Shown piece by piece: positions 1 to 9,761 of a DNA stretch of 64,000 bases. Under the pieces are notes generated by a model, which was not told the DNA's origin, ran no database searches, and was given only the letters and a program-made list of their open reading frames with translations. The position numbers were made by a program, and so were the translations under genes. Source of the DNA: Chloroflexota bacterium (lineage in GTDB: Bacteria; Chloroflexota; Dehalococcoidia; SM23-28-2; HRBIN24). The stretch is taken from NCBI GenBank assembly GCA_030550295.1, contig JAUQPQ010000001.1:2162-66161 (forward strand), written 5' to 3'. Position 1 is the stretch's first letter. The number at the start of each line of letters is the position of its first letter.

Positions 1-112
1 TGGGGCTGCGACAACGTGGGCAGGCCACCAGGTGGGGTACCTGGGCGTGCCAATGAGCACGACGCTGCCGTGTTTTGGCCTTGGAAGGCTTCTTCTTAGG
101 GACTGCTCCCAT
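1..112 (-). CDS. rpmF: 50S ribosomal protein L32 (partial, 3' end cut by window start)
   Basis: The minus-strand translation starting at ATG(112) reads MGAVPKKKPSKAKTRQRRAHWHAQVPHLVACPRCRS. This is L32-like, with a CxxC zinc ribbon, a GGAGGAG RBS, and the usual position directly downstream of yceD. Confidence 0.6.
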   Translation of the reverse strand, partial: MGAVPKKKPSKAKTRQRRAHWHAQVPHLVACPRCRSP

Positions 113-114
113 GT

Positions 115-639
115 TTACTCCTCCTTGAGTTCAGCGGCCAGGGCCTTTAATGGCGCCCAACGGCTGTCCACCTCCCACGAACAAAGGCAAGAGCCCTCGT
201 TAAGGTCCTGGCCGCACTTCTGGCATAAGCCCCGGCAATCGGGCCGGCATAGGGGGTTTATGGGCTGGGCCAAGATCGCGTACTGGCGCAGCGCCTCCCT
301 TAGGTCCAACACGAAATCGGGCCCAATGGTGAAGATGTCCCCATCCTCGGGAGGAGGCAATGGGACCCCAGTAAAGACGTCTACCAGGGGCAGGAACTCC
401 TCCTCGAACTGGATCTCCAGGTTATAGACTGCCTCTTGCAGGCATCGGGCACATTGGCCGTGGCCTATAGCTGTAGCCTCTAGCCTGGCTAGCAAGCCTC
501 TCCTGGTGCGCATTAGCTCCAGGCTGCCCTCCACCTGCCCCAGCAAGAGATCTTCCAGCTGTAGGGATTCTTCCCTAATGCGGTAGTGCAATGACGTCCC
601 TACAGGGCGCTTTAGGTCGTGGGCAACGTGATAACGCAT
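115..639 (-). CDS. yceD: YceD/DUF177 family protein (large-subunit rRNA accumulation protein)
   Basis: The 174-aa ORF has a C-terminal cysteine cluster CRPDCRGLCQKCGQDLNEGSC typical of DUF177. It sits upstream of rpmF. Confidence 0.75.
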   Translation of the reverse strand: MRYHVAHDLKRPVGTSLHYRIREESLQLEDLLLGQVEGSLELMRTRRGLLARLEATAIGHGQCARCLQEAVYNLEIQFEEEFLPLVDVFTGVPLPPPEDGDIFTIGPDFVLDLREALRQYAILAQPINPLCRPDCRGLCQKCGQDLNEGSCLCSWEVDSRWAPLKALAAELKEE

Positions 640-732
640 GGAGCTGCTACCGCCTCAGTGGTCCCTTCCTTGCCGATGGCCCGCTATTCAGTCTATAATC
701 GCCACGCAACCTTGTCCAGCGCTGTAGCAGCC

Positions 733-1434
733 ATGCACCCTATGGCCTATCTCTACGCCCTCCAAGAGACCGACCTGGCCATTGACTCCCTCCGCCAACA
801 GATTGCGCAGATAGACGCCCAGCTAGGGGAGACAGAGGAGCTGATCCAGCTAAAAACCCAGGTAGAGGCGACGCGGAAACGGATCCAACAGCTGCACAGC
901 CAACAGCGAGACCTGGAGCTGGAGACCCTAAGCCTCCAGGACAAGATTAAGGGGGTAGAAAATAAGCTGTACGGCGGCGAGATCACTAACCCCAAAGAGC
1001 TGCAGGGCCTGCTAGAAGACCTGCAGGCCCTCAAAAAACAGTTATCACTCTTGGAGGATCGATTGTTGACGCTCATGATAGAAGGAGATGAGCAGGAAAA
1101 GGCCCTGAGGAAACAGGAAGAGCGCCTCTCCCAAGTACTGACAGCCTGGCAGGAAGAGCAAGAGAAGCTCAAGGCTGAGAGGGGCCAGCTGGAGGAGCAA
1201 CTGAGACTCTTGGAAGCCCAAAGGGACGCCCAAGTAGCCCAGGTGGCTCCCCCCTTTCTCTCCCTGTACGAAGGGTTAAGGGCGAGGCGGCAGGGACGGG
1301 CGGTCGCCAAGGTGGAGAGAGGCCTGTGCGGAGGGTGCCACATAGCCCTCCCCGTCTCCCTCGTCCAGAGGGCCCGCACTGGCAGCTCGCCCGTGCAGTG
1401 CAGCAGCTGTGAACGCATCCTCTATGTGCCATAA
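733..1434 (+). CDS. COG1579-type zinc-ribbon protein with long coiled-coil
   Basis: The protein is rich in Q/E/L heptads and ends in CGGCHIALP...CSSCERILY, a C4 zinc ribbon. The start was chosen at the internal ATG (MHPMAYLY). The longer upstream ORF extension overlaps yceD. Confidence 0.6.
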   Translation: MHPMAYLYALQETDLAIDSLRQQIAQIDAQLGETEELIQLKTQVEATRKRIQQLHSQQRDLELETLSLQDKIKGVENKLYGGEITNPKELQGLLEDLQALKKQLSLLEDRLLTLMIEGDEQEKALRKQEERLSQVLTAWQEEQEKLKAERGQLEEQLRLLEAQRDAQVAQVAPPFLSLYEGLRARRQGRAVAKVERGLCGGCHIALPVSLVQRARTGSSPVQCSSCERILYVP

Positions 1435-1435
1435 C

Positions 1436-2653
1436 ATGGCCATAGGTTACTTCCCTGGCGGTACCGATTGGGACCACCAGCGGTTCTTAGCCTTTTGCTC
1501 TCAACGGGGTTTCGTCCCAAAGGGGTGGTTCACCGGCGAGCACAACCTGGAAGAAGCGATAACCCGTCTTGAGGAGGGGGACACGCTAGTGGTGCCCTCT
1601 CCACATGCCATAGGCTCGAGGCCGGTGGCGGCGGCTTGGAATTACCTCAGGGCTGTGGCCAAAGGGGCCCAGGTAATAGAAATGGAGAGAGGCGAAGACG
1701 TAGGCTTATCTATAGTGGCCTTCGCCTCAACATCGTCTCGGGGGGCCAAGGTAAGGCAGGCCATGGCCCAGAGGGCCCTGCATAGCCGGGTCTTGGGGCG
1801 TTCGCCCTTTGGCTATCAGGTGGGGCCGGAGAATCGCCTACAAGTCCACCCTCAGGAGGGGGAGGTGGTGCGCCTCATCTTTAGGCTCTATGTACAAGAG
1901 AGGATGGGACTAAGGCGGTTGGCCCAACACCTTAACTCCCAGGGCATAGCGACTAGGTCGGGTAGGCCGTGGACGGTGGCCGCTGTGCGCGAGTTGTTAC
2001 GCAACCGAGTGTATGTGGGCACCTACCACCGTTTTGGGGTGAGGGTACCAGCTAGCCATCCTCCCCTTGTATCCTACGATGACTACAACCGGGCCCAGGA
2101 GCTACTGACCCGCAGAGGAGGCAGAGGTGGACGCCGCCAGTCTCAGGAGGTGGCCTTCCTCCTCTCTGGTCTAGCCTACTGTGCCTACTGCCAGGGCCGT
2201 ATGGTAGGCGTGAGGCGCTACCAGCGTTGGCAACGACGCGATGGCCTACCCCAAGAAAACGTCTACCTTTACTACCAGTGTGGGTCGCGTCTCAACCGCA
2301 GCCTTTGCGATTACCACACGTGGCGCGCCCATGAGCTGGAGGGGGAAGTAGTAAGGCGCCTCCAGGCCGGCGAGGCGGAGACAGGTAGCGGCGCCCAGGA
2401 GAGGAGAACTCATCTCCAACGTTTGGAGCGTCTGCTTAGGGAGGTCAGCCAGGGCCTTATCTCATATCAGGAGTGGCGGCAAAAAGGTTTATCCCTGATA
2501 GAGCCATGGCTTCTCATGGACGAAGGCATCGCCCGTAAGATGCTAGCGCGCTGGGACGAGCTGACGTTTTCCCAGAAGCGTCAGGCCCTCCTCCGGCTGG
2601 TGGAGCGGGTAGACGTGTGGGACGACCAGATCAAGGTGACGGTTAGGGGATGA
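1436..2653 (+). CDS. large serine recombinase-like protein (resolvase fold + recombinase domain + zinc ribbon), catalytic Ser apparently replaced
   Basis: The N-terminus has the resolvase-like pattern (...GDTLVVPSPHAIGSR..GAQVIEMERGEDV...RSPFGYQV). A recombinase-domain motif follows (VHPQEGEVVRLIFRLYV...RNRVYVGTYHRF), then a Cys-rich zinc ribbon (CAYCQGRM...YYQCGSRLNRSLC). The expected Y-x-R-x-S-T-D-E-Q nucleophile motif reads YFPGGTDWDHQ instead. The start is set at the ATG after the upstream stop. Confidence 0.6.
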   Translation: MAIGYFPGGTDWDHQRFLAFCSQRGFVPKGWFTGEHNLEEAITRLEEGDTLVVPSPHAIGSRPVAAAWNYLRAVAKGAQVIEMERGEDVGLSIVAFASTSSRGAKVRQAMAQRALHSRVLGRSPFGYQVGPENRLQVHPQEGEVVRLIFRLYVQERMGLRRLAQHLNSQGIATRSGRPWTVAAVRELLRNRVYVGTYHRFGVRVPASHPPLVSYDDYNRAQELLTRRGGRGGRRQSQEVAFLLSGLAYCAYCQGRMVGVRRYQRWQRRDGLPQENVYLYYQCGSRLNRSLCDYHTWRAHELEGEVVRRLQAGEAETGSGAQERRTHLQRLERLLREVSQGLISYQEWRQKGLSLIEPWLLMDEGIARKMLARWDELTFSQKRQALLRLVERVDVWDDQIKVTVRG

Positions 2654-3063
2654 CAGACAAAGTGGTGGCCTATGCCGATGGAGCATCCAGGGGGAACCCT
2701 GGCCCGGCTGCTATAGGCGCCGTCCTCCTAGACGAGGAGGGCCGGGAATTGTATTCTATCTCCCGTCCTATAGGGGTGGCCTCTAATAATCAGGCTGAAT
2801 ATAAGGCGGCTATAGCGGCCCTGGAGGCTGCCCTGGCTTTGGGAGCGCGGAGGTTAGAGCTGCGTCTGGACTCAGAGCTAGTGGTGAGGCAGCTAGAGCA
2901 CCGCTACCAGGTACGTGATCCTGCCTTACGCGCCCTCTTTGCTCGCATGCTGGAGCTGAGGCGCCACTTCCAGGAGTTCCAGATCGTCCATATCCCTCGT
3001 GAGGAGAATAAGCGGGCCGATGCCTTGGCCAACCAGGCCCTGGACTCGGCACCCCTACCCTAA
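2650..3063 (+). CDS. rnhA: ribonuclease HI
   Basis: The 137-aa protein reads ADGASRGNPGPAAIGAVL...NNQAEYKAAIAAL...ENKRADALAN. This is the RNase H fold with the DEDD catalytic residues. Its ATGA start overlaps the upstream gene. Confidence 0.85.
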   Translation: MTDKVVAYADGASRGNPGPAAIGAVLLDEEGRELYSISRPIGVASNNQAEYKAAIAALEAALALGARRLELRLDSELVVRQLEHRYQVRDPALRALFARMLELRRHFQEFQIVHIPREENKRADALANQALDSAPLP

Positions 3064-3084
3064 GTCTTTAAGGAGGTGATTAGA

Positions 3085-3867
3085 ATGTCCTATCAGTTCA
3101 TCGTTTACGAGAAGCGGGACCGGGTGGCCCTGATCACCCTTAACCGGCCCGATGTCCTTAACGCCATGAACCCCCAGATGTCTGAGGAGCTGGATCAGGC
3201 CCTCAAGGAGGCTGCCCAGGACGGGGGGGTAGGGTGTGTAGTTATCACGGGTGCGGGTAGGGCCTTCTGTTCAGGGGCCGACGTGCGGGTGTTTCGCCAG
3301 ATGATAGAAGGAGAGGTCCAGAGGCCTTCCGTCGTCCCTGATGCCCTGTTTGATACCCTCTTTGAGCATCCCAAGCCCATCATCGCTGCCGTTAACGGCC
3401 CTGCTGTGGGGATTGGGGCCACCATGACCCTTCCTTGCGATATAAGGCTGGCTTCGGAGCAGGCGCGTTTCGGATTTATCTTCGCCCGGGTAGGGCTCAT
3501 CCTAGAGTTTGGCAGCACCTTCCTTTTGCCCAGGATAATCGGGTTGGGCAATGCCTTGGAGCTGGCCATGACGGCCCGCATTATAGACGCCCAAGAGGCG
3601 AAGGAGTTGGGGCTGGTGAGCAAGGTGTTCCCCCACGACCGGTTCCTTGAGGAGGTAATGGCTTATGCCTCCCAGATAGCCCAGGGCCCCACACGCGTCC
3701 TGGGGTGGATGAAGGAGGCTGTCCACCGCTCCCTACAGGCGGACTTGCCCACCGCCCGTCAGATAGAGTCAGAGATACTGGACCGCTGCCGCCGCTCTCC
3801 CGAGCACCGGGAAGGGGTAATGGCCTTCTTGGAAAAGCGCCAGCCCCGTTGGGCGGAGCTGACCTAG
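3085..3867 (+). CDS. enoyl-CoA hydratase/isomerase family protein (crotonase)
   Basis: Crotonase signatures are present: ITLNRPDVLNAM, the oxyanion-hole segment GAGRAFCSGADV, and NGPAVGIGATM. An AGGAGG RBS lies 8 nt upstream of the ATG at 3085. Confidence 0.85.
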   Translation: MSYQFIVYEKRDRVALITLNRPDVLNAMNPQMSEELDQALKEAAQDGGVGCVVITGAGRAFCSGADVRVFRQMIEGEVQRPSVVPDALFDTLFEHPKPIIAAVNGPAVGIGATMTLPCDIRLASEQARFGFIFARVGLILEFGSTFLLPRIIGLGNALELAMTARIIDAQEAKELGLVSKVFPHDRFLEEVMAYASQIAQGPTRVLGWMKEAVHRSLQADLPTARQIESEILDRCRRSPEHREGVMAFLEKRQPRWAELT

Positions 3868-3874
3868 GACCTCA

Positions 3875-5284
3875 TCACGCTGACACGGGGCCGGCCCCTA
3901 GCCCTGGCTCCGTCATGCGGGTGGGATCCAGGAGGCGATCCAGCTCCTCCTCGGTGAGGGAGGTGCGTTCTCTGGCCACCTCCCTTATGGTGCGGCCTGT
4001 CCTGGCCGCCTCCTTGGCTATCTCGGCGGCAGCATCGTAGCCTATGGCCGGGGCCAGGGCGGTAGCCAGCATAAGCCCCCTTTCCACCATCTCCGGCCCA
4101 CGGGAGGTGGCCGTTAGCCCTTCTATGCATCGCTTGCGGAAGTTGTGACAGGCGTTGGTGAGGATGTGTATCGCCTGGAGGAGGTTATGGGCGGCCATGG
4201 GCATCATCAGGTTCAGCTCGAAGTAGCCCCCCTCCCCTCCCTGGGCTACGGCGGCATCGTTTCCCAAGACTTGGGCGCATGCCTGGATGACCGATTCGGG
4301 GATAACGGGGTTGACTTTGCCGGGCATTATAGAGCTTCCCGGCTGCACCTCGGGCAGTTGGAGCTCCCCCAGACCGGCCCGCGGCCCTGAGCCCATCCAT
4401 CGGATATCGTTGGCGATCTTCATGAGGGAGATGGCCACAGTGCGCAGGCATCCGCTCGCCATGACCACGTTGTCCAGGGTGGCCTGGAGGGCGAAATGGT
4501 TGTCCGTCTCCCTGACAGTTAGCCCTAACTCTTGGGAAAGGAGTTTGCAGACGCGCCTGGCGAACTCAGGATGGGTGTTCACCCCTGTCCCTACTGCCGT
4601 GCCTCCCAGAGGGAGCTCAGAGAGCTCCTCCACGGCGTAGCGAAGGCGCTTTATTCCTCGCTCTATTTGGCCTGCGTAGCCTAAGAACTCTTGCCCCAGC
4701 CTGATAGGCGTGGCGTCCATTAGGTGGGTGCGTCCCGTCTTGATGATCTCCCAAAACTCTTTCCCTTTGGCCTTGAGCGCCTCATGAAGGCTATCGAGGG
4801 CGGGGATGAGCCCCTTATGGATCGCCTTCAAGGCTGCTAAATGGATGGCGGTGGGGATGACGTCGTTAGAGGACTGGCCCAAGTTGACGTGGTCGTTAGG
4901 ATGGACGATGCGCGATCCCCTGCCGTGGCCCAAGATCTCGGCGGCCCGGTTGGCGATGACCTCGTTGGCGTTCATGTTGGTAGATGTGCCTGACCCCGTC
5001 TGAAAGACGTCTACCACGAACTGGTCGTCCAGCTTACCCTCGTACACTTCCCAGGCTGCCTGTTGGATGGCCTCGGCCAGCTTATGATCTAACAGGCCTA
5101 GTTCGTCGTTCACCTTGGCGGCAGCCCATTTGATTAGCCCCAGCATGTGTATAAGCTCAGGGGGCATGCGTACCCCAGATACAGGGAAGTTCAAGACAGC
5201 CCTTTGCGTAGAAGCGCCATAGTAGGCATGGGCGGGCACCTCCATGGGGCCCATGGAGTCACGCTCTATCCTGGTCTCAGTCAT
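3875..5284 (-). CDS. aspA: aspartate ammonia-lyase / class II fumarase family lyase
   Basis: The 469-aa protein carries the family signature GSSIMPGKVNPVIPE, which is closer to the aspartase version than to FumC's ...KVNPTQCE. It also has HPNDHVNLGQSSND and the N-terminal MEVPAHAYYGASTQRA. Confidence 0.7.
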   Translation of the reverse strand: MTETRIERDSMGPMEVPAHAYYGASTQRAVLNFPVSGVRMPPELIHMLGLIKWAAAKVNDELGLLDHKLAEAIQQAAWEVYEGKLDDQFVVDVFQTGSGTSTNMNANEVIANRAAEILGHGRGSRIVHPNDHVNLGQSSNDVIPTAIHLAALKAIHKGLIPALDSLHEALKAKGKEFWEIIKTGRTHLMDATPIRLGQEFLGYAGQIERGIKRLRYAVEELSELPLGGTAVGTGVNTHPEFARRVCKLLSQELGLTVRETDNHFALQATLDNVVMASGCLRTVAISLMKIANDIRWMGSGPRAGLGELQLPEVQPGSSIMPGKVNPVIPESVIQACAQVLGNDAAVAQGGEGGYFELNLMMPMAAHNLLQAIHILTNACHNFRKRCIEGLTATSRGPEMVERGLMLATALAPAIGYDAAAEIAKEAARTGRTIREVARERTSLTEEELDRLLDPTRMTEPGLGAGPVSA

Positions 5285-5347
5285 CCCCTCACCTCCCAGG
5301 TGTTATGCCTCAGCCATGATGCGTGTGTAAAGGGCCGGAGGCCAGCT

Positions 5348-6847
5348 TTAAAGGGTGAAATAGTTCTTGCCAGAATCTGGGTCATGGCGTACGTAGCCCT
5401 TCTCCCCCACCATCTCCTTACGGCACATGAGCCACAAAAGCTCCCTCTCTTGCCCCACGTTGGCCCAGAAGCGGGCGCCGTCCTCTAGCCTGCCTACTAC
5501 TATCCCTTCCTCGGGCTCGCCGTCACGGCTGAAGACCACAGTGTAAGTCTCTACTGTGCAAGGCCCCTCTGCCTCGGCCACGATGGGAGGCGATGGCTGG
5601 GCTTGGATGCGGGCCACATCTGGGGCGGGATCGTAAAGGCGAAATTCCTTGGGGGGTTGACCCGAGTATATGCCTGCTGCGTGTTTGGTGAAGTACCAAC
5701 CCATTCCGGTGATCATAGCCTTTTTTAGCGGCTCCTGGCGCAGCCTTTCTACAGCGGCTGCTATGGCATGGGTGCAGTAATTGTTTCCTGGCCCGCCAGC
5801 ATAAGGTAACCCACCTGTCAAAGTGATGGGGCGTGGATCATCGGGTCCTATGCCTAAGGAGAGGGTGGCCGCCTCAATGGCCGAAGGGAAGCAGGAATAG
5901 AAGTCGAACATGTCTACCTCTTGGGGCGAAAGGCCGGCCAGCTCTATGGCACGCCTCAGGGCTAGCTCCTGAGCAAGGGAACCGTGGAGATGGGGCCTTT
6001 CGCTCATGAACCACTTATCGGCCAGGTGGGCACCGCCCCAGAAATAGACCCAGCGGTCTTGTGAGATGCCTAGCTCTTTGGCCGCACCTGCGCTGGCGAC
6101 GATGATTGCTGCCCCTAAGTTAACCTCTATTATAGCGTTCATGTATTTGGGGTAGGGAAAGCAGATCATCCGGTTGCGGGCGGTGACGGTGACGATCTCT
6201 TCAGGGGTGCGACGGATGGGGAACCAGGCGTATGGGTTTTGGGCTGCAACCTCACTCAGGCGGGCGCATAGCTGTCCCAGGCGCTGCCGATGTGCCTCTA
6301 AGTCTAGCCCTAAGTGGGCGCGGATGGCGTTCTCGTACATGGGGTAAACGCGGATGGGCATGTTAGCCCCATATCTGTCCTCTAGGGGGCTCGTGCCAGG
6401 CCGTACCTCCTCGTGGAACTCTTTGGGCACCGACCGAGGCGTCCAGTTGAGGCGGATCCCATGTCTTCGGGCAGCCATGAGGGAGTGGAAAGCTTCCGCG
6501 CCGGCGATGAGGCAGACGTCCATCTCCCCTCGCCAGATGGCGGCGGCCGCCTGATTGACCAACCTCTGCCCCGTCTCTCCACCGATGCTGGAGTAGTAAG
6601 TGTGGCGTGGGGCTGCCCCTAACCGCTGGGCCAATGCCCCCGGTGCGTCCTCATATGACCAAGAGATGATATTCACCACCTGTACAGAGTCCAGGCGCTG
6701 GAGGATTTGGGGGCGTCCCGTGTCTTGGGCAGCCTGCCGTGCCGCTAGCTCCATGAGCTCCAGGGGCTCCTTCGCCTCCTCCAAAGGGGGGGCGCGGTCT
6801 ATGACTTGGCCCACCCCCACTACCACTGGCAGGCGTTCTTTTTGCAT
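5348..6847 (-). CDS. thiolase-like (SCP-x type acetyl-CoA C-acyltransferase family) protein fused to a C-terminal OB-fold (DUF35-like) domain
   Basis: The 499-aa protein has an N-terminal thiolase fold of about 390 aa (VGVGQ..., CLIAGAEAF, GGLPYAGGPGNNYCTHAIA). An additional roughly 100-aa C-terminal domain follows (EGPCTVETYTVVF...GIVVGRLEDGARFWANV). Confidence 0.65.
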   Translation of the reverse strand: MQKERLPVVVGVGQVIDRAPPLEEAKEPLELMELAARQAAQDTGRPQILQRLDSVQVVNIISWSYEDAPGALAQRLGAAPRHTYYSSIGGETGQRLVNQAAAAIWRGEMDVCLIAGAEAFHSLMAARRHGIRLNWTPRSVPKEFHEEVRPGTSPLEDRYGANMPIRVYPMYENAIRAHLGLDLEAHRQRLGQLCARLSEVAAQNPYAWFPIRRTPEEIVTVTARNRMICFPYPKYMNAIIEVNLGAAIIVASAGAAKELGISQDRWVYFWGGAHLADKWFMSERPHLHGSLAQELALRRAIELAGLSPQEVDMFDFYSCFPSAIEAATLSLGIGPDDPRPITLTGGLPYAGGPGNNYCTHAIAAAVERLRQEPLKKAMITGMGWYFTKHAAGIYSGQPPKEFRLYDPAPDVARIQAQPSPPIVAEAEGPCTVETYTVVFSRDGEPEEGIVVGRLEDGARFWANVGQERELLWLMCRKEMVGEKGYVRHDPDSGKNYFTL

Positions 6848-6933
6848 CGCTCCTCCTTCACGTTTACGGCCACGTGAAACGATATAAGTTGCCCTTCTTT
6901 AAGGTAGGGCGGCCCAGGTGGATGAGCAATAGA

Positions 6934-9375
6934 TCAGGCAGGCGTGGCTACCGCCTTTTGGAAGGTGAACTCGCCATCTTTGTAGTCCACCACCACCGTA
7001 TCCCCTGCCTGGAACTCGTTGGCCAAGATGCGCAGGGCCAAGGGGTTGGCGACGCGGCGCTCGATGGTGCGGCGGAGGGGCCTGGCGCCGAACTGGGGGT
7101 CATAGCCCTCCCGCACCAGGGCGGCCTTGGCCTCGGGGGTGAGTTCCAGCTTGAGCCCCCTTTCTGCCAGCAGCTCGTGCAGGTCCCTAAGCATGAGCTC
7201 TACGATCTTGTGGAGGTCCTCTTCGGTCAAGGGGTCAAAGACGATGATCTCGTCGATGCGGTTAAGGAGCTCTGGGCGGAAGGTCTGGCGCAGGGCTCTT
7301 TCCACGGCGTCTTTGAGCCTCTCCTTCTCCGCCTTAGAGGGCTTAGACTGGGGCGCAAAGCCGAAAGCGGGGCGCTGGAACTGTTCGGTGCCCAGGTTGG
7401 AGGTCATGATGATGATGGTGTTGCGGAAGTCCACGGTGCGACCGTGGCCGTCGGTGAGGCGGCCATCCTCCAGCACTTGGAGGAGGAGGTTCCACACGTC
7501 GGGATGGGCCTTCTCCACTTCGTCGAAGAGGATGACGCGGTAAGGGCGTCGCCTAACTGCCTCGGTGAGCTGGCCTCCTTCTTCGTATCCCACGTAGCCG
7601 GGGGGAGCCCCAATGAGGCGGGAGACGGTGTGCTGCTCCTGGTACTCGGACATGTCTATGCGAACCATGGCATCTTCATCGTCGAAGAGGAGGGCAGCTA
7701 GGGCCTTGGCGAGCTCCGTCTTGCCCACGCCGGTAGGCCCGAGGAAGATGAAGGAGCCTATGGGCCTCTTAGGGGCTTTAAGCCCAGCGCGAGCGCGGCG
7801 GATGGCGTTGGCTACGGCCTTAACCGCCTCGTCCTGACCTATGATGCGCTCATGGAGCCTCTCCTCTAGGTGCAGGAGCTTCTCTTCCTCCCCTTCCATG
7901 AGGCGGGCCACAGGAATGCCAGTCATCTGAGCTACTACCTGGGCTATGTCCTGGGCGTCCACCACTAGGTCGATGCGGTGCTTTTCGGCCCATTCCTGGC
8001 GGGAGCGGGCCAGCTCTTCTTCTAGCTTAAGGCGCCGCGTCTTGAGGTGGGCGGCCCCTTCATAGTCCCCTTTGGTGGCAGCGGCCTCCTCTTCTCGCTT
8101 GAGCTGCTGGATCTCTTCCTGAAGCTGGCGCAGCTCCTGGGGGAGGCTTTGGGCCTCAATGACGTGGCGGGAGGCTGCCTCATCTATCAGGTCGATGGCC
8201 TTGTCAGGCAGGAAGCGCTCGGTGATGTAGCGGTCGGCCAGTCTAGCTGCGGCCTGTAGGGCGTCGTCGGTAATCTTCACCTTGTGGTGGGCCTCGTAGC
8301 GAGGCCTTAGGGCGCGTAGCATCTCTATGGTGGCCTCCGCTGATGGCTCATCTAAGTATACGGGGGAGAAGCGGCGCTCCAGGGCCGGGTCTGATTCTAT
8401 GTACTTGCGGTAGTCGTCTAAGGTGGTGGCCCCGATGCACCGTAACTCTCCCCTGGCGAGGGCTGGCTTCATCATGGTGGAGGCATCTATGGCGCTGCCC
8501 TCAGCAGAGCCGGCCCCCACCACCTGGTGTATCTCGTCGATGAAGATGATGATCTCCCCCTGGGCCTGTTTGATCTCGTCAAGGACAGCCTTCATGCGCT
8601 CCTCGAATTCGCCCCGGAACTTGGAGCCGGCCACCATGGCGGCGATATCCAGGGCCAGTACGCGCTTCCCCTTGAGGTTGTCGGGTACGTCGCCCTGGGC
8701 GATCTTTTGCGCTAGGCCCTCTACGATGGCTGTCTTGCCCACCCCTGGTTCGCCGATGATGACAGGGTTGTTCTTGGTGCGGCGGTTGAGGATCTGCATC
8801 ACCCGCTTTATCTCCTCGTCACGGCCGATGACGGGGTCCAGTTTGCCTTGGCGGGCGGCCTCGGTGAGGTCAACGGAGTACCGCTCCAGGGCCCGGTAGT
8901 GGGCCTCGGCTCGGGGGGAGTCGACACGGTGGCCACCCCGCACAGCCGCCAGGGCGCGGTAGATCTGTTCCTTGTCGATGCCGAACTGGCGCAGGATGCG
9001 GGCAGCGTCTCCTTCCCTTTCGTCGGCCATGGCGATGAGGATGTGCTCCACCCCTACGTACTGGTCCTTTAGGCGGCGGGCCTCGGCATCGGCAGCTTCG
9101 AGGAGGCGTACTACCCTAGGGGTCATATAGAGCTGGGGGCTCTCGTAGGCCAATTTGGGTGTGTGCAAAAGGGCCTCCTCCACCCGCGCCCGCATAGCCT
9201 CTACGTCTACCCCTAGGCGGTGGAAGAGCTCCTGGGCCAGGTTTTGGGGGTGGGTAAGCATGGCCAGCAGGATGTGCTCCACGTCCCATTGGGCGTGGCG
9301 CATCTGTCGCACTATCTGCTGGCTCTGGGCCAGCACCTCTTGTGCTTGCTCAGTGAACCTCTCCTGTGACATCAT
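6934..9375 (-). CDS. clpC: ATP-dependent Clp protease ATP-binding subunit ClpC-type AAA+ chaperone
   Basis: The 813-aa protein has two Clp_N repeats and two Walker A motifs ([16 protein letters not shown]). The middle domain is short and carries a UVR-like motif ([19 protein letters not shown]). NBD2 has RIIGQDEAV. Size and M-domain fit ClpC rather than ClpB. Confidence 0.8.
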   Translation of the reverse strand: MMSQERFTEQAQEVLAQSQQIVRQMRHAQWDVEHILLAMLTHPQNLAQELFHRLGVDVEAMRARVEEALLHTPKLAYESPQLYMTPRVVRLLEAADAEARRLKDQYVGVEHILIAMADEREGDAARILRQFGIDKEQIYRALAAVRGGHRVDSPRAEAHYRALERYSVDLTEAARQGKLDPVIGRDEEIKRVMQILNRRTKNNPVIIGEPGVGKTAIVEGLAQKIAQGDVPDNLKGKRVLALDIAAMVAGSKFRGEFEERMKAVLDEIKQAQGEIIIFIDEIHQVVGAGSAEGSAIDASTMMKPALARGELRCIGATTLDDYRKYIESDPALERRFSPVYLDEPSAEATIEMLRALRPRYEAHHKVKITDDALQAAARLADRYITERFLPDKAIDLIDEAASRHVIEAQSLPQELRQLQEEIQQLKREEEAAATKGDYEGAAHLKTRRLKLEEELARSRQEWAEKHRIDLVVDAQDIAQVVAQMTGIPVARLMEGEEEKLLHLEERLHERIIGQDEAVKAVANAIRRARAGLKAPKRPIGSFIFLGPTGVGKTELAKALAALLFDDEDAMVRIDMSEYQEQHTVSRLIGAPPGYVGYEEGGQLTEAVRRRPYRVILFDEVEKAHPDVWNLLLQVLEDGRLTDGHGRTVDFRNTIIIMTSNLGTEQFQRPAFGFAPQSKPSKAEKERLKDAVERALRQTFRPELLNRIDEIIVFDPLTEEDLHKIVELMLRDLHELLAERGLKLELTPEAKAALVREGYDPQFGARPLRRTIERRVANPLALRILANEFQAGDTVVVDYKDGEFTFQKAVATPA

Positions 9376-9758
9376 GGCGCATCACCCGTCTTGGACCTGA
9401 TTTGAGATGGTGCAGGGAGGAGGCGGTCGCGGTAGGCCTGGAGCTCTCTGCGCACCTCCTCCAGCTCTTTCTCCAGCTGCTGTATGTGCTGACGGAGCCG
9501 AAGGATCGCCTCGGCCCCTGCCAGGTTGACCCCCAGCTCGTCCATGAGGCGCTGGACCTGGCGCAGCCGCTCGATATCGGCCTGGGAGTAGAGGCGGACG
9601 CGCCCTTTGGAGCGGGCAGGCCGGATGATGCCTACTCGTTCGTAGTAGCGGAGGGTCTGCTCGTGCATCCCTAGCATCTTGGCAGCGATGCTGATGACGT
9701 ATAGGGGCTCGTTGGCCTTTGGCTCTTCTTGGCTTCCTCGTCTGGGCATCACCCCCAC
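9372..9758 (-). CDS. hspR: MerR-family heat-shock repressor HspR
   Basis: The MerR-type HTH segment reads YVISIAAKMLGMHEQTLRYYERVGII, followed by a C-terminal coiled-coil. The gene sits between dnaJ and clpC and overlaps the clpC start. Confidence 0.75.
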   Translation of the reverse strand: MGVMPRRGSQEEPKANEPLYVISIAAKMLGMHEQTLRYYERVGIIRPARSKGRVRLYSQADIERLRQVQRLMDELGVNLAGAEAILRLRQHIQQLEKELEEVRRELQAYRDRLLPAPSQIRSKTGDAP

Positions 9759-9761
9759 CTC

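Noticed and set aside
32-427. A 131-aa + strand ORF.
   Set aside because: It is antisense to the well-supported yceD gene and has low-complexity S/R-rich composition, typical of a GC-rich frame artefact.
753-1418. 221-aa and 62/102-aa minus-strand ORFs inside the zinc-ribbon gene.
   Set aside because: They are Ser/Cys/Trp-rich antisense frames of a strongly coiled-coil coding region. No motifs were found.
1436-2653. Active integrase marking a mobile element or prophage boundary.
   Set aside because: The catalytic Ser/Arg motif is absent. The gene is translationally coupled to rnhA. The flanks are housekeeping genes. I found no direct repeats or att-like sequences.
6934-9375. ClpB assignment, as expected next to hspR.
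   Set aside because: The middle domain is only about 65 aa and carries a UVR-like motif. Overall length is 813 aa. Both fit ClpC, not the long coiled-coil M-domain of ClpB.
7127-9400. Many 60-160-aa ORFs on the + strand within clpC. Similar ORFs lie within nadE, the EF-G paralog, tldD, and elsewhere.
   Set aside because: They are antisense to long genes with clear motifs. High GC keeps spurious frames open.
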